Shown here: positions 28,691-39,811 of the stretch, in pieces
Position numbering within the stretch: the first letter of the stretch is position 1
Layout: every line of letters begins with the position of its first letter
Assembly: GCF_017539065.1 (NCBI RefSeq)
Contig: NZ_JAFYHP010000009.1
Location: 79,949-143,948, forward strand
Direction of reading: 5' to 3'
Length of the DNA: 64,000 nucleotides
From: Methanobrevibacter sp.
GTDB lineage: Archaea; Methanobacteriota; Methanobacteria; Methanobacteriales; Methanobacteriaceae
Position numbers and translations under genes: made by a program
Notes under the pieces: model-generated
Databases searched by the model: none
The model's input: the letters and a program-made list of their open reading frames with translations, nothing else
Told to the model about the DNA's origin: nothing

Positions 28691-30478
28691 ATAACTATCA
28701 AAAATAAAATAATATTCATTTTTGTGTTGATATTCATTTTCCTAACTTTATCCTGTATAAATGCAGAATCCTTTGATGAAAGTTCAAATAATACTTTAAT
28801 AGCTAATTCCGAAGCAAATGATATTGAAGATTTATCTACAGCAAATGGTGATTTTTCAAGTTTAGAAAATGCAATAACCAATGCATCCCAAACAAAAACT
28901 CTGAAATTGACCAAGGATTATACATATAACTCTGCATCTGATGGAAAATATTCGAATGGAATCAATATCACAATAGATGATTTGGTTATAGATGGTCAAG
29001 GACATAGCATAGATGCATGTAAAAAAGCAAGGATATTCAATATTAAATCAAACAATGTTGTTTTGACAAATCTGACAATGATAAACGGATTTTCAAATTC
29101 ACATGGAGGTTCAATTTACTGGACAGGATATAACGGAACAGTAGAAAATTCCCTTTTTAAATACAGTAATTCCTCAAGAGATGGGGGAGCAGTCACTTTC
29201 AAATATTATGGGACAGTTACTAACTCCAATTTTGAAAATAATTATGCAGGAATTGGAGGAGCACTAAATTTTGGAGATGATGGCAGAATAACCAATTCTA
29301 AATTTTACAAGAACTTCTCGAAATATGTTGCAGGTGCAGTAAATTATGAAGGCAATGGAAACATAGAAAACTCCACATTCATTGAAAACGAAGGAGGAGA
29401 TGGGGGAGCTGTTCTTTTTACTTCTGGAATAATCAATAACTCAAGTTTCATAAAAAATAATGCAATCGGATACGGTGGCGCAGTCTCAATACAAAGAAAT
29501 GCACTCATAAACAATTCAAGATTTATAAAAAACACAGGAAAATTTTCCGGGGCACTGGACTTTAAAGAAACAGGCAATGTTGCAAATTCCATTTTTAGAG
29601 ATAATCATGCAAAAACTTATTCCGGAGCCATATCTTTCACTGATGACGGATATGTTGTTAATTCAACATTTATAAACAACTCCGCATTAACCTATGCTGG
29701 ATCCATTCTTTTTGAAAAGGAGGGATTTGTTGAAAAATCAATATTCCTAATCAATTCTGCTGAAACGGAGGCTGGAGCAATATACTTCTGCACTATAGGC
29801 ATTATGCAAAATTCTACATTCACACAAAACCGTGCAGAAGATGGGGGAGCAATATTTGCATATTGCAACAATATCAGCATCTTCAACTGTAAATTTAATC
29901 ATAATTTCGCCTCAAATGAAGGTGATTCAATCTATATTAAAGCAGATAATATCATAATCAATAACACAACATTCAATAGCGAGCATTCTTACAATGATAC
30001 AATATATATCAATTCAGATAATTTAACAATGAGTAACATTGATTTTAATAATACTCCTCCAGAAGTACTTAATATAACTCCTTTAAGTGATTATGATATT
30101 GATACCAACATGACGCAGGGTCCCGTCAATACTAGTAGCAACACTCATATAACAGAGAAAGAAACTACAAATACTAATTCAAAAACTGTTAAAAATAAAA
30201 AAGCTACTTACATTAAAGCAAAATCAAAGAAATTTAAGGCAGCTAGTAAAAAGAAGAGATTTACTGTAAAATTGCTCAGTAATAAAAAAGCCCTTAAAAA
30301 CAAGAAAATCACATTAAAGTTTAGGGGAAAGAAATATAGTTCAAAAACAAATAAAAAAGGGAAATGTGTTTTTAAACTAAAAATTAGAAAAAAAGGCAAG
30401 TTTGGAGTTGTAATTAAATTTTCTGGAGATAAAAACTATAAATCAACAAAAAAAATAATTAAAATAATCATTAAATGA
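28691..30478 (+). CDS. Adhesin-like protein (ALP3): GGA-repeat beta-helix plus one C-terminal Lys-rich Ig-like module
   Basis: The track start GTG 28724 lies inside the hydrophobic core. The upstream open frame gives (I)TIKNKIIFIFVLIFIFLTLSCINA after GGGGG 28685-28689. The start is ATA 28691 or, with better spacing, ATC 28697. Repeats: GGAVTF, GGALNF, AGAVNY, GGAVLF, GGAVSI. C-terminal module: KFRGKKYSSKTNKKGKCVF. Confidence 0.8.
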   Translation: MTIKNKIIFIFVLIFIFLTLSCINAESFDESSNNTLIANSEANDIEDLSTANGDFSSLENAITNASQTKTLKLTKDYTYNSASDGKYSNGINITIDDLVIDGQGHSIDACKKARIFNIKSNNVVLTNLTMINGFSNSHGGSIYWTGYNGTVENSLFKYSNSSRDGGAVTFKYYGTVTNSNFENNYAGIGGALNFGDDGRITNSKFYKNFSKYVAGAVNYEGNGNIENSTFIENEGGDGGAVLFTSGIINNSSFIKNNAIGYGGAVSIQRNALINNSRFIKNTGKFSGALDFKETGNVANSIFRDNHAKTYSGAISFTDDGYVVNSTFINNSALTYAGSILFEKEGFVEKSIFLINSAETEAGAIYFCTIGIMQNSTFTQNRAEDGGAIFAYCNNISIFNCKFNHNFASNEGDSIYIKADNIIINNTTFNSEHSYNDTIYINSDNLTMSNIDFNNTPPEVLNITPLSDYDIDTNMTQGPVNTSSNTHITEKETTNTNSKTVKNKKATYIKAKSKKFKAASKKKRFTVKLLSNKKALKNKKITLKFRGKKYSSKTNKKGKCVFKLKIRKKGKFGVVIKFSGDKNYKSTKKIIKIIIK

Positions 30479-30485
30479 TTAAAAA

Positions 30486-33400
30486 TTATTTTTTAATTTT
30501 TATTGTTCTTTTAACTTGAGATTTTAGATATTTAATGATTATTTTATGTTTTCCCACTTTTAAATTTTTTAAAGTAACCTTAGCAATACCTTTCCTGTTG
30601 GTTTTGGAAACATAGGTCTTACCTTTGATTTTAAAGGTAATCTTTTTATTTGAAATCGGTTTTCCGTTACTTTTCTTTAAATAAGCATTGTATTTAATCT
30701 TTTTAGATTTTTTCTTGGTAATGCTCTTTGCTTTTAAAACCTTTTTAATTTTTATGGTATTCTTTACGGATTTACCGTCGCAGGATGAGGTAATTTTATA
30801 TTTTCCAGGAGTTAAACTGAATGTTTTAGAAGCATAACCGTTTTTATTGGTGGTAACCTTATATGTTTTTCCTGAAATTTTCATTACCACTTGTATATTG
30901 CTCATGGCTGCACCGTAACTGTCCATAATGCGAACTTTGAAGGTTGTTTTCCCGCAGTAGTCCATATTGATATTTTTATTCAAAGTGATTTTCAATGGGT
31001 TTTTATCAACGTTAAGTGAAATAATTTGATCATTGATTTTTGCGGTTAATTTGGTTACCTTAGGAATTGAAACCTTTTTAGATAAAACTCCCTTTGAAAA
31101 TGATATGACTTTATTGTCTAATGATAAGCTTACATCAAAATCAGCTAGTAGTTCCGGTGAGTCAATTTTTGACACTGAATTCTTTTTGTTTAAAGTTTTT
31201 GTCATATCAATAATAATATTTGCAGATTTATATTGTATTAATGGATTTGAATTGGAAAAGCCCATCATAATCCATGTGAAATCGTCTGTAATATTGATAT
31301 TGATTAATTTTTCAAAGCTTGGTGAATTTGTTCCCCACCAATTGTTTTTTAATGAGATCTCATCCCATGTTTGATTAAATATTGCAAATCCATTGGAGTC
31401 ATGGTTATTGTAAATTATGGAATGGGTTATATTAGCTCCTCTTCTTAGAATAATTGCTCCACCATCGCCTTCGGCGATATTGTTTTCAAATTTAGATCCC
31501 ACTATTGTCATATTTCCATTATTGTCAATAGCTCCACCATTTTTTGTTGCTTTGTTGTTGATGAACTCAGATTTGAAGATAGTTAAAAATCCTCCATTAT
31601 CTATCGCACCAGCGCCATAAGCTTGATTGTCATCAAATAAGGAATATAAAATAGTTAAATTTCCAGAATTATCAATGGCGGCTCCATGGCTTCTTGCTAT
31701 GTTGGAAATGAACTGAGATTTATTGATTAAAATGTTTCCATTTTTATTAAAAATTGAGGTGCCCTCATCTGATCCTTCGTTTAATTTAAATATTGAATTT
31801 GAAATGTTGGCATTTCCAAGGGCAATGTATAATACTCCATATGAATGTGAAATGATATTATTTTCAAATTTGGAATTATCGATTATTAAATTGTCGCGGC
31901 TTTGAATAACTGCACCTACTTCTGCCTTATTATTTTTAAATTGAGAACTGTTGATTGTAGTCACATTTTTGAAATTATAAATGACTCCAGCATTAGATGC
32001 TTCATTTGAATCAAAATTACAATCATTGATATTTAAATTACCTTTGTTATATGCAAATCCTCCATGGTTTGCTTTATTGTATTTTGCATTTGATTTGTTT
32101 ATTTGAACAAAAGCAGTATTATAGATGGCTCCTCCATCAGTTGCAAGATTGTAATTAATATTCGAATCGGCAATGATTAAATTAGCGGTATTATAGATTG
32201 CTCCTCCACTATAATTGGCGGAATTATAATTAATATTAGTATTGTCTATGGTTAAATTAGCAGTATTATAGATAGCCCCTCCATTATTTGCATTTCCATA
32301 GGTTATAGTGCATTTCTTTAAGGTTAAGTTTGCAGCATTATATATTGCTCCGCCAAGATTAGCTTTATTATTTTCTATCTTAAAACTATTTAAAGTTAAA
32401 TCTCCCTTATTATAAATTGCTCCGCCTTCTTCAGCGGAATTATTGTTTAAAATACATTCTTTTAAAGTCATAGAAGACTTTTCAATATAAATTCCACCGC
32501 CCTTTTCTGCGCTGTTGTTTATCAGGTTAGCATTTTTTATATCTAAAGAATAACGGGAACATGAAATTCCTCCACCATTTATGGTAGCGGTGTTGTTTAT
32601 TAAATCACAATGAGTTAGTGTTAAATATGATAAAAAGACATCGATTCCACCGCCTCTTTCTGCAGAATTATTATAAATTAAAGAATTTTCAATGATTAAA
32701 TGGCCATGTGAATCTGATATTATTCCTCCGCCTTTATTTGCATAATTATTTTCAAAATAACAATTGTCGACATTCATTGTATATTCGGAGATATATGCGC
32801 CACCACCAGCAAAAGCGGTGTTATTTATGAAAATGCTGTCATACATTTCACAGGTTCCCCAGCTTTTAACGCCTCCTCCCAAATCGGAGGCGATATTAGA
32901 ATAAAATTTGGAATTTCTAACAATCAAATATCCTCTATTATTATAAATGCCCGCACCACGTAGAGCCGAATTATTTATAAATGTGGAATTGATTAAATTG
33001 AAATTGCTAAATCTATTGTAAATTGCCCCTCCTTCATCGCAATGGTTATTTTCAAATAAAGAGTTAATAATAATTATTGTATTTGCGCTATAACTATCTA
33101 TAGCCGCACCGGTACTTGCAACATTATCTTTAAAAAGAGAATTATATACTGTTAATTCTGATTTAGTTTCTCCAGAAATTGCTCCGCAATAAGCAGAATT
33201 ATTGATGAATTTGGAGTTATTAACTGTTAGTTTTCCTTCATTATAAATAGCGGCTCCTCTTCCATCAGTGAAACCGTTCACAAAAGTTAAGTCGATTATA
33301 TTTACTTTGGCATTTTTTGAAATTACAAAAATGCCTGATTTTCCTTTTGCATCCAGCACGGTATCTGAAGAATTAGATCCTTTAATAGTAATGTCTTTAT

Positions 33401-33608
33401 TTATAGATATTGCTGAACCGTTACTACAGTAAGTTATATTTTCTAAGTTAACAACGCCTCCAGAATCAATATTGTCTATTGCATTTTGAATTGAATCAAA
33501 GGTAGCATCGGTTGATGTTCCATTATCATCTGCATAGGCAGAATTCGATAACAATATTAAAAAAAGAAGTATGATTGCGAATTTTGCAGTGGATTTAATT
33601 ATTTTAAT
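30486..33608 (-). CDS. Adhesin-like protein (ALP4): about 25 GGAIYN-type repeats plus two C-terminal Ig-like modules
   Basis: The track start TTG 33554 gives MLSNSAYA. The upstream open frame gives IKIIKSTAKFAIILLFLILLSNSAYA, starting at ATT 33608, 8 nt after GGGGG (33617-33621). Many repeats: GGAIYN, GGGIYI, NGGAID. C-terminal modules: ISGKTYKVTTNKNGYA and IKGKTYVSKTNRKGIA. Confidence 0.8.
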   Translation of the reverse strand: MKIIKSTAKFAIILLFLILLSNSAYADDNGTSTDATFDSIQNAIDNIDSGGVVNLENITYCSNGSAISINKDITIKGSNSSDTVLDAKGKSGIFVISKNAKVNIIDLTFVNGFTDGRGAAIYNEGKLTVNNSKFINNSAYCGAISGETKSELTVYNSLFKDNVASTGAAIDSYSANTIIIINSLFENNHCDEGGAIYNRFSNFNLINSTFINNSALRGAGIYNNRGYLIVRNSKFYSNIASDLGGGVKSWGTCEMYDSIFINNTAFAGGGAYISEYTMNVDNCYFENNYANKGGGIISDSHGHLIIENSLIYNNSAERGGGIDVFLSYLTLTHCDLINNTATINGGGISCSRYSLDIKNANLINNSAEKGGGIYIEKSSMTLKECILNNNSAEEGGAIYNKGDLTLNSFKIENNKANLGGAIYNAANLTLKKCTITYGNANNGGAIYNTANLTIDNTNINYNSANYSGGAIYNTANLIIADSNINYNLATDGGAIYNTAFVQINKSNAKYNKANHGGFAYNKGNLNINDCNFDSNEASNAGVIYNFKNVTTINSSQFKNNKAEVGAVIQSRDNLIIDNSKFENNIISHSYGVLYIALGNANISNSIFKLNEGSDEGTSIFNKNGNILINKSQFISNIARSHGAAIDNSGNLTILYSLFDDNQAYGAGAIDNGGFLTIFKSEFINNKATKNGGAIDNNGNMTIVGSKFENNIAEGDGGAIILRRGANITHSIIYNNHDSNGFAIFNQTWDEISLKNNWWGTNSPSFEKLININITDDFTWIMMGFSNSNPLIQYKSANIIIDMTKTLNKKNSVSKIDSPELLADFDVSLSLDNKVISFSKGVLSKKVSIPKVTKLTAKINDQIISLNVDKNPLKITLNKNINMDYCGKTTFKVRIMDSYGAAMSNIQVVMKISGKTYKVTTNKNGYASKTFSLTPGKYKITSSCDGKSVKNTIKIKKVLKAKSITKKKSKKIKYNAYLKKSNGKPISNKKITFKIKGKTYVSKTNRKGIAKVTLKNLKVGKHKIIIKYLKSQVKRTIKIKK

Positions 33609-33686
33609 TCTTCCATCCCCCTTTAAAGATTAATTAAAATAATTTGAAAAAAAGAAAAAAGAGAAGTAATAAAAAATATTACTTAT

Positions 33687-35492
33687 CTATTTTTTAACAG
33701 TGTATGTAACTTTTACAGTTTTTGCGTTATAAGCGCCGTCACCTGCAAAGCTAACTTCTGCTTTGTAACTACCTTTTTTAGCTACTTTTACTTTAATTTT
33801 AGCAACACCATTAGCATTGGTTTTAGCAGAGAAGGTTTTTCCTTTAACTTTAATAGTAACTTTTTTATTTGCTAAAGCTTTACCTTCTGATTTTAAAGTA
33901 ACAGAAACTTTTTTAGCTTTTTTAACTTTTAAAGTAACTTTTTTAGCACTTAAAGTGGTTGCTTTTTTATTAACAGTGATTTTAACTGTTTTTAATGCAG
34001 ATACATAGTTTCCGGTTGCATCAACGAAAGAGATGTATGCATATTTGGTAGCTGCACTAGCATATTTGACAGGAACGCTGAGGACACCTTTTACGGTTTT
34101 TCCACTAGCAAGTTCTTTACCGTCAACTTGAACTGTAACAGTTTGACCATCTAATAAGTTACCGTCTTTGTCTTTTAAGGTAATTTCTAAAGTACCTTGA
34201 TCACCAGCTTTTAAAGTGAGGTCGGATGCGGTTATAGCAGTTGCAACAGGTTCAACAGGTTCTGGAGTATTATCTTCAAGAACGAGATCTTTTAATGAGA
34301 AATAAATTACAACAGCTTGAGCTTCAACTCTAGTTTGTTTTCCTTGTTGCATTTTTATAACTACTGGTAAAGTGTTATTTTCAACAGTAACAGGTAAAAC
34401 TGGTTTTAAAACATTATTGTCTCTTATCATGATACGTAATAATATTATGCTATCAGGTTCCACAGCACTTTTGTTTGTAACTATGTTGTTTGCTATTGTT
34501 ACATTTGAAAGAGTACTTGGTTCTCCGTGAGCATCGTTACCTTGTTCTGCAGCAATTAAAACGTTGTAGTCTACTGCATAAAAAGTATTTTGGGTAATTA
34601 TGATGTCACTTGAAGCTTTTTCAATACTGATTACTGGGAATCTTCTGTAATCTATAGTACCTTCTTTGAAAACACCACAGTTTTCAAAGGTGTTGTTAGA
34701 TATGATTGAGTTTTTAGTGGATGCTCCACCATAGTAAATTGCATAAACATTACCAATAAATGTATTTCCGATAATTACTCCGCCTTCACTACCTTTAGCG
34801 ATGGATACTCCATCAAGCACGGTACCGTTGAAAACGTTGTTTTTAACATAAATGTCTTTAGCTCCACCAATGTTAACTACTTTTGAACCTTTTTCTTTAT
34901 TAACTGTTGGATCGTTAGCTAAAAGGGTAGCGTAACCTCCTTCGAAGTAGTTATCTTCGATGGTGATTCCATCACATGTATCAACATTAACTGCGGAATT
35001 GAAGTCTTTGAATGTACAATTTTTCACTAAACCATTTTCGGTGTTGAAGAAATTAACACCGTAACCATTTACTGTTCCACCATATACGAAATTATTATTA
35101 GGATTGTTGTCTATAAAGGTAATTCCTTGGATAGTAACGTTAGTACCGGTTACATAGAATATTCCATTACCATTACCGTAACCAGTAATAGTAGCGGTAC
35201 CTTTACCATCAATAACTATATTGCTGTTAGCAATATTAACGGTGGTTCCTGCGAAATCATATGATTTTCCACTTAAGTCTACTATATCTCCAGTTGTATT
35301 AGCTGAATCAACTGCAGTTTGAACGGCTTCAGGTGTAGCGTTTGCTGGTGTAATTGGGTCAGCAGCGATAACTTCATCAATAGCATCTGCTGCAACGACA
35401 TCGTCAGTTACATCTTCAGCAGAAATTGAACCGACTGAAAGTGCAATTAAAACAACTAAAAGAAAGGAAAATATAACCTTTTTATTAATCAT
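33687..35492 (-). CDS. Adhesin-like protein (ALP5): beta-helix plus two C-terminal Ig-like modules
   Basis: Canonical ATG. Signal peptide MINKKVIFSFLLVVLIALSVGSISA. C-terminal modules VDGKELASGKTVKGVL and VKGKTFSAKTNANGVAKIKV. Lys-rich end with no TM. Confidence 0.9.
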   Translation of the reverse strand: MINKKVIFSFLLVVLIALSVGSISAEDVTDDVVAADAIDEVIAADPITPANATPEAVQTAVDSANTTGDIVDLSGKSYDFAGTTVNIANSNIVIDGKGTATITGYGNGNGIFYVTGTNVTIQGITFIDNNPNNNFVYGGTVNGYGVNFFNTENGLVKNCTFKDFNSAVNVDTCDGITIEDNYFEGGYATLLANDPTVNKEKGSKVVNIGGAKDIYVKNNVFNGTVLDGVSIAKGSEGGVIIGNTFIGNVYAIYYGGASTKNSIISNNTFENCGVFKEGTIDYRRFPVISIEKASSDIIITQNTFYAVDYNVLIAAEQGNDAHGEPSTLSNVTIANNIVTNKSAVEPDSIILLRIMIRDNNVLKPVLPVTVENNTLPVVIKMQQGKQTRVEAQAVVIYFSLKDLVLEDNTPEPVEPVATAITASDLTLKAGDQGTLEITLKDKDGNLLDGQTVTVQVDGKELASGKTVKGVLSVPVKYASAATKYAYISFVDATGNYVSALKTVKITVNKKATTLSAKKVTLKVKKAKKVSVTLKSEGKALANKKVTIKVKGKTFSAKTNANGVAKIKVKVAKKGSYKAEVSFAGDGAYNAKTVKVTYTVKK

Positions 35493-35870
35493 TCCTTTTT
35501 TCTCCTTTAAATTAATTAAATTAAATCACTAATATAAAAATCATTAATAAAATTCAAAATATTTTATACTAGTTAGTTATTATTTATTAAATTATCTTGA
35601 ATATAAACATTATCCTTTATATCAAGTTAAACTTATGGTTTAAAAATAAAATTAATTTTTAAAATATGATTAGTTATATGGTAATTTATTTGAAAAAAGC
35701 AAATAAATAAATTTACTGTAAATAAAATGAATATGAGATAATTTTTTCAAAAATAAATAGATTTTATAAATAATACTTTATTACATATCGAGTTCAGTTT
35801 TCTGCCTATATGATAATCATTATATATCATTAAAATATAAACAGTTAAATGAAAGAAAGGTGGAAAGGGG

Positions 35871-37478
35871 GTGAAAATCATAAATATGAAAAAGATTATT
35901 CCAATTATATTTATATTTCTCATGACGATAGGCATTGCCGCGGTCAATGCTTCAGAAGATATAGATACTGCCTTGGAAGTGAACATTATAGACTCTTCGA
36001 CGATTGAAGGGAGCAATGTAATCACTGTCCAAAATGACTCATCTTCTAATCTGGAATATGAAATTTCGAATGCTGAAGATGGGGATGAAATTTTAATAGA
36101 TCAGGGAACATATGCAATCCACAATATTACAATTACAAAAAGCATTACCCTACAGGGCAATGGCAATCCTAAGGATGTAATCATTGATGGGGAAAATAAC
36201 TCTAGCATATTTCTTATTAGAAGTCCTGATGTTCATGTAACCTTTAGAAATTTAACATTCATCAATGGTTTAACCGATAATTTTGGTGGAGCAATTTCAA
36301 TGGAAACAGGTACTGTGTATGTAGATAACTGCATTTTTATAAATAACACTGCATTAAATAACACTAATGCGGGAGCCATCTCCAATTATGGAACTAAGGA
36401 AAGCAAAGGATATTTATCTGTAAAGGATTCACTTTTCTTAAACAATCATGCTGACCATGATGGAGGTGCAATCACCACATGTTATGCAAATTCTGACATA
36501 ATTAATTGTGTCTTCATTAATAATTCGGCACACCGTGATGGGGGAGCGATACGCGTAAGTGTTCAGGGATACGGCAATGTCCAGGATTGTATTTTCATGT
36601 ATAACCATGCTGATGAATGGGGCGGAGCCTATTACAGTTGGTCTGGTGAATCCAACATTGAAAGATGCATATTCATGAATAATAGTGCAGGAACTAACGG
36701 CGGAGCAATAATGGTTTCAGGCAATATCAATCTACAAGATTCTATTATTGTCAATAATTATGGTGGATTGAATGGAGGTTCTTTTTACATACAACAGCCT
36801 ATGTATGATAAAAAAACAACCATGAAAATCAATAATAACATAATCACCAACAATTCATCTCCAAACGGCCAAGAAATTTTCATCAAATGGAGAGATTCAC
36901 ATAATCTATACACAGATTTCAACAACAATGATTGGGGAGATGAAGATCCTAATGATCCACGTGTAAATGACCCAAAGAAGGTTACTTCAAGAAGCAAAGT
37001 TTCAAAAACAATTAACTCTAATTTATTTGGACGGTTAAATGTGGATGAATTAGACAAATACAGTGATTTGGTTGGTAGTTTCTTTGAAAACGATACGCTT
37101 GATGACCTTAAAGAACAATTTAAATATGAAGAAACAGATGAAAGTCCGGTCAATAATCAAACAAGCTATCCAAATAAAAAAGACGCAAGCCAGGAAAAAA
37201 CCGCTAAGCAAACGTTAGATGATGATGAAATTATAAATGAATCTAATAATAATTTAACTACAGCTTCAAATTCACAAGTTTCCAATATTGTATTCAACAC
37301 TCCGAATGCTTTAGGAAATTCTACTTCATATGGGGAAGATAATGACGCATATGAATTAAATGAAAGTGAGCATTCTGTTGCAAAGCAAAGTAGTTTTGAT
37401 ATTAAGGTATTCATTGTCCTAATTGTTTTAGTATTCCTATTGTTGATGATTGGATACAAAAGATTTAATAAAGAGTAA
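35871..37478 (+). CDS. Adhesin-like protein (ALP6): GGAI-repeat beta-helix, low-complexity stalk, C-terminal TM anchor
   Basis: GTG 35871 (or ATG 35886). Signal peptide KKIIPIIFIFLMTIGIAAVNA. Repeats: FGGAISM, DGGAITT, DGGAIRV, NGGAIMV. C-terminal VFIVLIVLVFLLLMIGY followed by KRFNKE. Confidence 0.85.
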   Translation: MKIINMKKIIPIIFIFLMTIGIAAVNASEDIDTALEVNIIDSSTIEGSNVITVQNDSSSNLEYEISNAEDGDEILIDQGTYAIHNITITKSITLQGNGNPKDVIIDGENNSSIFLIRSPDVHVTFRNLTFINGLTDNFGGAISMETGTVYVDNCIFINNTALNNTNAGAISNYGTKESKGYLSVKDSLFLNNHADHDGGAITTCYANSDIINCVFINNSAHRDGGAIRVSVQGYGNVQDCIFMYNHADEWGGAYYSWSGESNIERCIFMNNSAGTNGGAIMVSGNINLQDSIIVNNYGGLNGGSFYIQQPMYDKKTTMKINNNIITNNSSPNGQEIFIKWRDSHNLYTDFNNNDWGDEDPNDPRVNDPKKVTSRSKVSKTINSNLFGRLNVDELDKYSDLVGSFFENDTLDDLKEQFKYEETDESPVNNQTSYPNKKDASQEKTAKQTLDDDEIINESNNNLTTASNSQVSNIVFNTPNALGNSTSYGEDNDAYELNESEHSVAKQSSFDIKVFIVLIVLVFLLLMIGYKRFNKE

Positions 37479-37496
37479 ATAGCTTCAGCTATTTAC
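37475..37496 (+). terminator. Stem-loop overlapping the ALP6 stop codon
   Basis: GTAAATAGC (37475-37483) pairs with GCTATTTAC (37488-37496), loop TTCA. Confidence 0.4.
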
Positions 37497-37681
37497 TATT
37501 AACTATTTTTTTAATTTAAATTTCTTGCAAGTAAATTATAAGAATTGCACCATGATATAATTTTAAACATTCGTGAAATCATAATTCATGAGGGTATTGA
37601 ACCAATCCCAAAAATTATGTTTCTTACCATATATCAACTTTCACTAAAAGTTAAAATGAGAAAAAATAGAAAAAAAGATGA

Positions 37682-39811
37682 TTATCTTTTAGAGTTCATT
37701 TCTTTAATGTCGTCACGATAATAAAAACCGACTGTTAATATCATTAATAAAACAATGAATAACATTCCGCTGACTCTAAAGAATTCATCTTCATCAATAA
37801 TAATTTGTTTTACAACAGAATCTGATGTGGAACCAGGATTTCCAGAATCTCCAGTACTTGGTTCGGAAGCACTAGCCTGTGAAGCACTAACATCTGTTTC
37901 ATAGCTTTGTGAAACATCATTCACCTGACTGTTTGCACTGTTTGCAGGATCTGTTTTCTGGCTATATGTGCTGTTTCCGGTATTTGAACTACTTTCTTGG
38001 GTGCCGAGGCCGTTTCCTCTATTGGCAGTTCCTCCAGAACCATCACCGTTGCCGTTGCCATTACCGTTTCCACCGCCTGTGCCAATATCTTCAAATAATT
38101 GATAATTTGGAATGGTAGGATAGGTATATGTTGGTGTTTTACCATTAATTCCTTTAGATGATTTGGTATTGGAATTAAATGTGTTGTCACGTTTTGAACG
38201 GTCTACAGTGGCTCTTATTAAATCTCCATTTTTAGCATCGACTGTGAAAACTCCAGCCCCACCTTTAACGGTAATGCTTCCGGTTTTACCATCAGGGGTG
38301 GAATATGTCAAAATCCTGTCTGGAAGTAGGCTAGCAATATTTCCATTAGAATCTAAGAATTTTGCTTGGAATTTGTTTGGACCAATCTGAGTAACTACAA
38401 ATTGAATTTTATTTGATTTAATCTTAGGACATATCAAATTATAATCGCTATACCAATTATCTCCTATTTCCAATCTTTCTCCAGTATCTTGATAATAGGT
38501 TTCTTTGGCTTCAACTGATAATTCAGAGTTGCGGTAAATAACATTGTAACTAATATCCTGTTTAGCAGGTTTTACATAATCATCAAAGAACTTGATGCCT
38601 ATTTCACTATCAGATATTACATTTGACTGAATTTTATTGTTTCCGATTTCTGCAATTGCAATTCCATTAAACTTATTGTAAGTGATATCGTTAGATTTGA
38701 TGTTAATGTTATTTCCAGCACTGTTGATTAAAATGCCATTAATACCATTTTTGGAAATTGTGTTCTTATTTATTTGAACATTTTCCGGTCCTTCCTTATA
38801 GTTAATGCCATTGACTTCCTTCGCTAAGTAAATACCATTTTGAGTGTTGCTTAAAATATTATTTCCATCAATATAAACATTATTTGATTTAGCAATTTCA
38901 ATACCATTTTGACCGTTATTTTTAATATCGTTGTTAAAAATATATGCATAACTGGATTTTGCTAGTGAAATGCCGCTTTTTGAGTTTTTAACAATGTCAT
39001 TTTTGGTAATGTTCAGATATTTGGTGTTTAAAGAAACAATTCCATTGCCTTTAGTTGTAATCTTATTTCCAATAATGGTCGCATATTCGGCACCATCAAC
39101 TTTGATTCCATCACCATCACCGGTTATTGTAAACCCTTTAATCTTTGTTAGGGAAGCTGATTTGCCTTTTATGGTAATTACAGGATTGTTTGAACTTGAT
39201 TTTAAAGTAGTTCCCACATTACTAATCAAGGTTAATGATTTGGTAATCACTAGATTGATGTTGGAATAACTTGATCCTTTAAATAATATTACATTATTGG
39301 CTTTTGCATTGTCAATAATGCTTTGAATCTCAGAGTTGCTTAATCCTGCTTCAACTATTCGGGTATTGGTCATTTTAATAGTTGTTGTTAAGCTAGAAGC
39401 TTTATAATTTGAGTTTCCAGCATATTTAGTAACTATCTTATATGTTCCGTCATTTAGCCTAAGCTGAAGGGAGGCAACGCCTGCTGAGTCAGTATTGACA
39501 TTATAGGTCTTTCCATTCAGTGCGAATGATACTTTTGTATTTTTTAAAGGACTGTTATTTGAATCGGATAACTTTACTTTGAAATAGTCTCCAATAACAT
39601 CAAATGTAGTATTGCTTGTAACGTTAATGTGTGTCTCCTGCTTTGATGCCTGAAGTGTCTGCGTGTCATTTGATAATTTAAGAACGGGTTCGTTCGGAAC
39701 CTCTAAATCATCACTAACATCTGTTGAATTATCTATTTCTTGAGCAGCACATATGTTTAGCGTGAGCAATGTGAACAGTAATAGCAGTATACCAAATGTT
39801 TTCTTGTCCGT
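37682..39811 (-). CDS. Adhesin-like protein (ALP7): one Ig-like module, NosD-like beta-helix, Gly/Asn/Ser-rich stalk, C-terminal TM anchor
   Basis: The track start TTG 39769 gives MLTLNICAAQ. The upstream open frame encodes TDKKTFGILLLLFT, back to ACG 39811, which lies 6 nt after AGGAGGT. Ig-like module: LNGKTYNVNTDSAGVA. GNGNGNGNGDGSGG stalk. C-terminal MLFIVLLMILTVGFYY. Confidence 0.75.
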   Translation of the reverse strand, partial: TDKKTFGILLLLFTLLTLNICAAQEIDNSTDVSDDLEVPNEPVLKLSNDTQTLQASKQETHINVTSNTTFDVIGDYFKVKLSDSNNSPLKNTKVSFALNGKTYNVNTDSAGVASLQLRLNDGTYKIVTKYAGNSNYKASSLTTTIKMTNTRIVEAGLSNSEIQSIIDNAKANNVILFKGSSYSNINLVITKSLTLISNVGTTLKSSSNNPVITIKGKSASLTKIKGFTITGDGDGIKVDGAEYATIIGNKITTKGNGIVSLNTKYLNITKNDIVKNSKSGISLAKSSYAYIFNNDIKNNGQNGIEIAKSNNVYIDGNNILSNTQNGIYLAKEVNGINYKEGPENVQINKNTISKNGINGILINSAGNNINIKSNDITYNKFNGIAIAEIGNNKIQSNVISDSEIGIKFFDDYVKPAKQDISYNVIYRNSELSVEAKETYYQDTGERLEIGDNWYSDYNLICPKIKSNKIQFVVTQIGPNKFQAKFLDSNGNIASLLPDRILTYSTPDGKTGSITVKGGAGVFTVDAKNGDLIRATVDRSKRDNTFNSNTKSSKGINGKTPTYTYPTIPNYQLFEDIGTGGGNGNGNGNGDGSGGTANRGNGLGTQESSSNTGNSTYSQKTDPANSANSQVNDVSQSYETDVSASQASASEPSTGDSGNPGSTSDSVVKQIIIDEDEFFRVSGMLFIVLLMILTVGFYYRDDIKEMNSKR

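Noticed and set aside
15489-36025. Small ORFs in ALP intergenic/promoter regions (15489-15686, 28621-28914, 35747-36025), and antisense ORFs inside ALP genes (e.g. 27602-27988, 31033-31374, 43290-43652).
   Set aside because: They overlap promoters or 5' ends of well-supported genes, or are antisense to repeat-rich coding DNA. None has an SD or a family resemblance.
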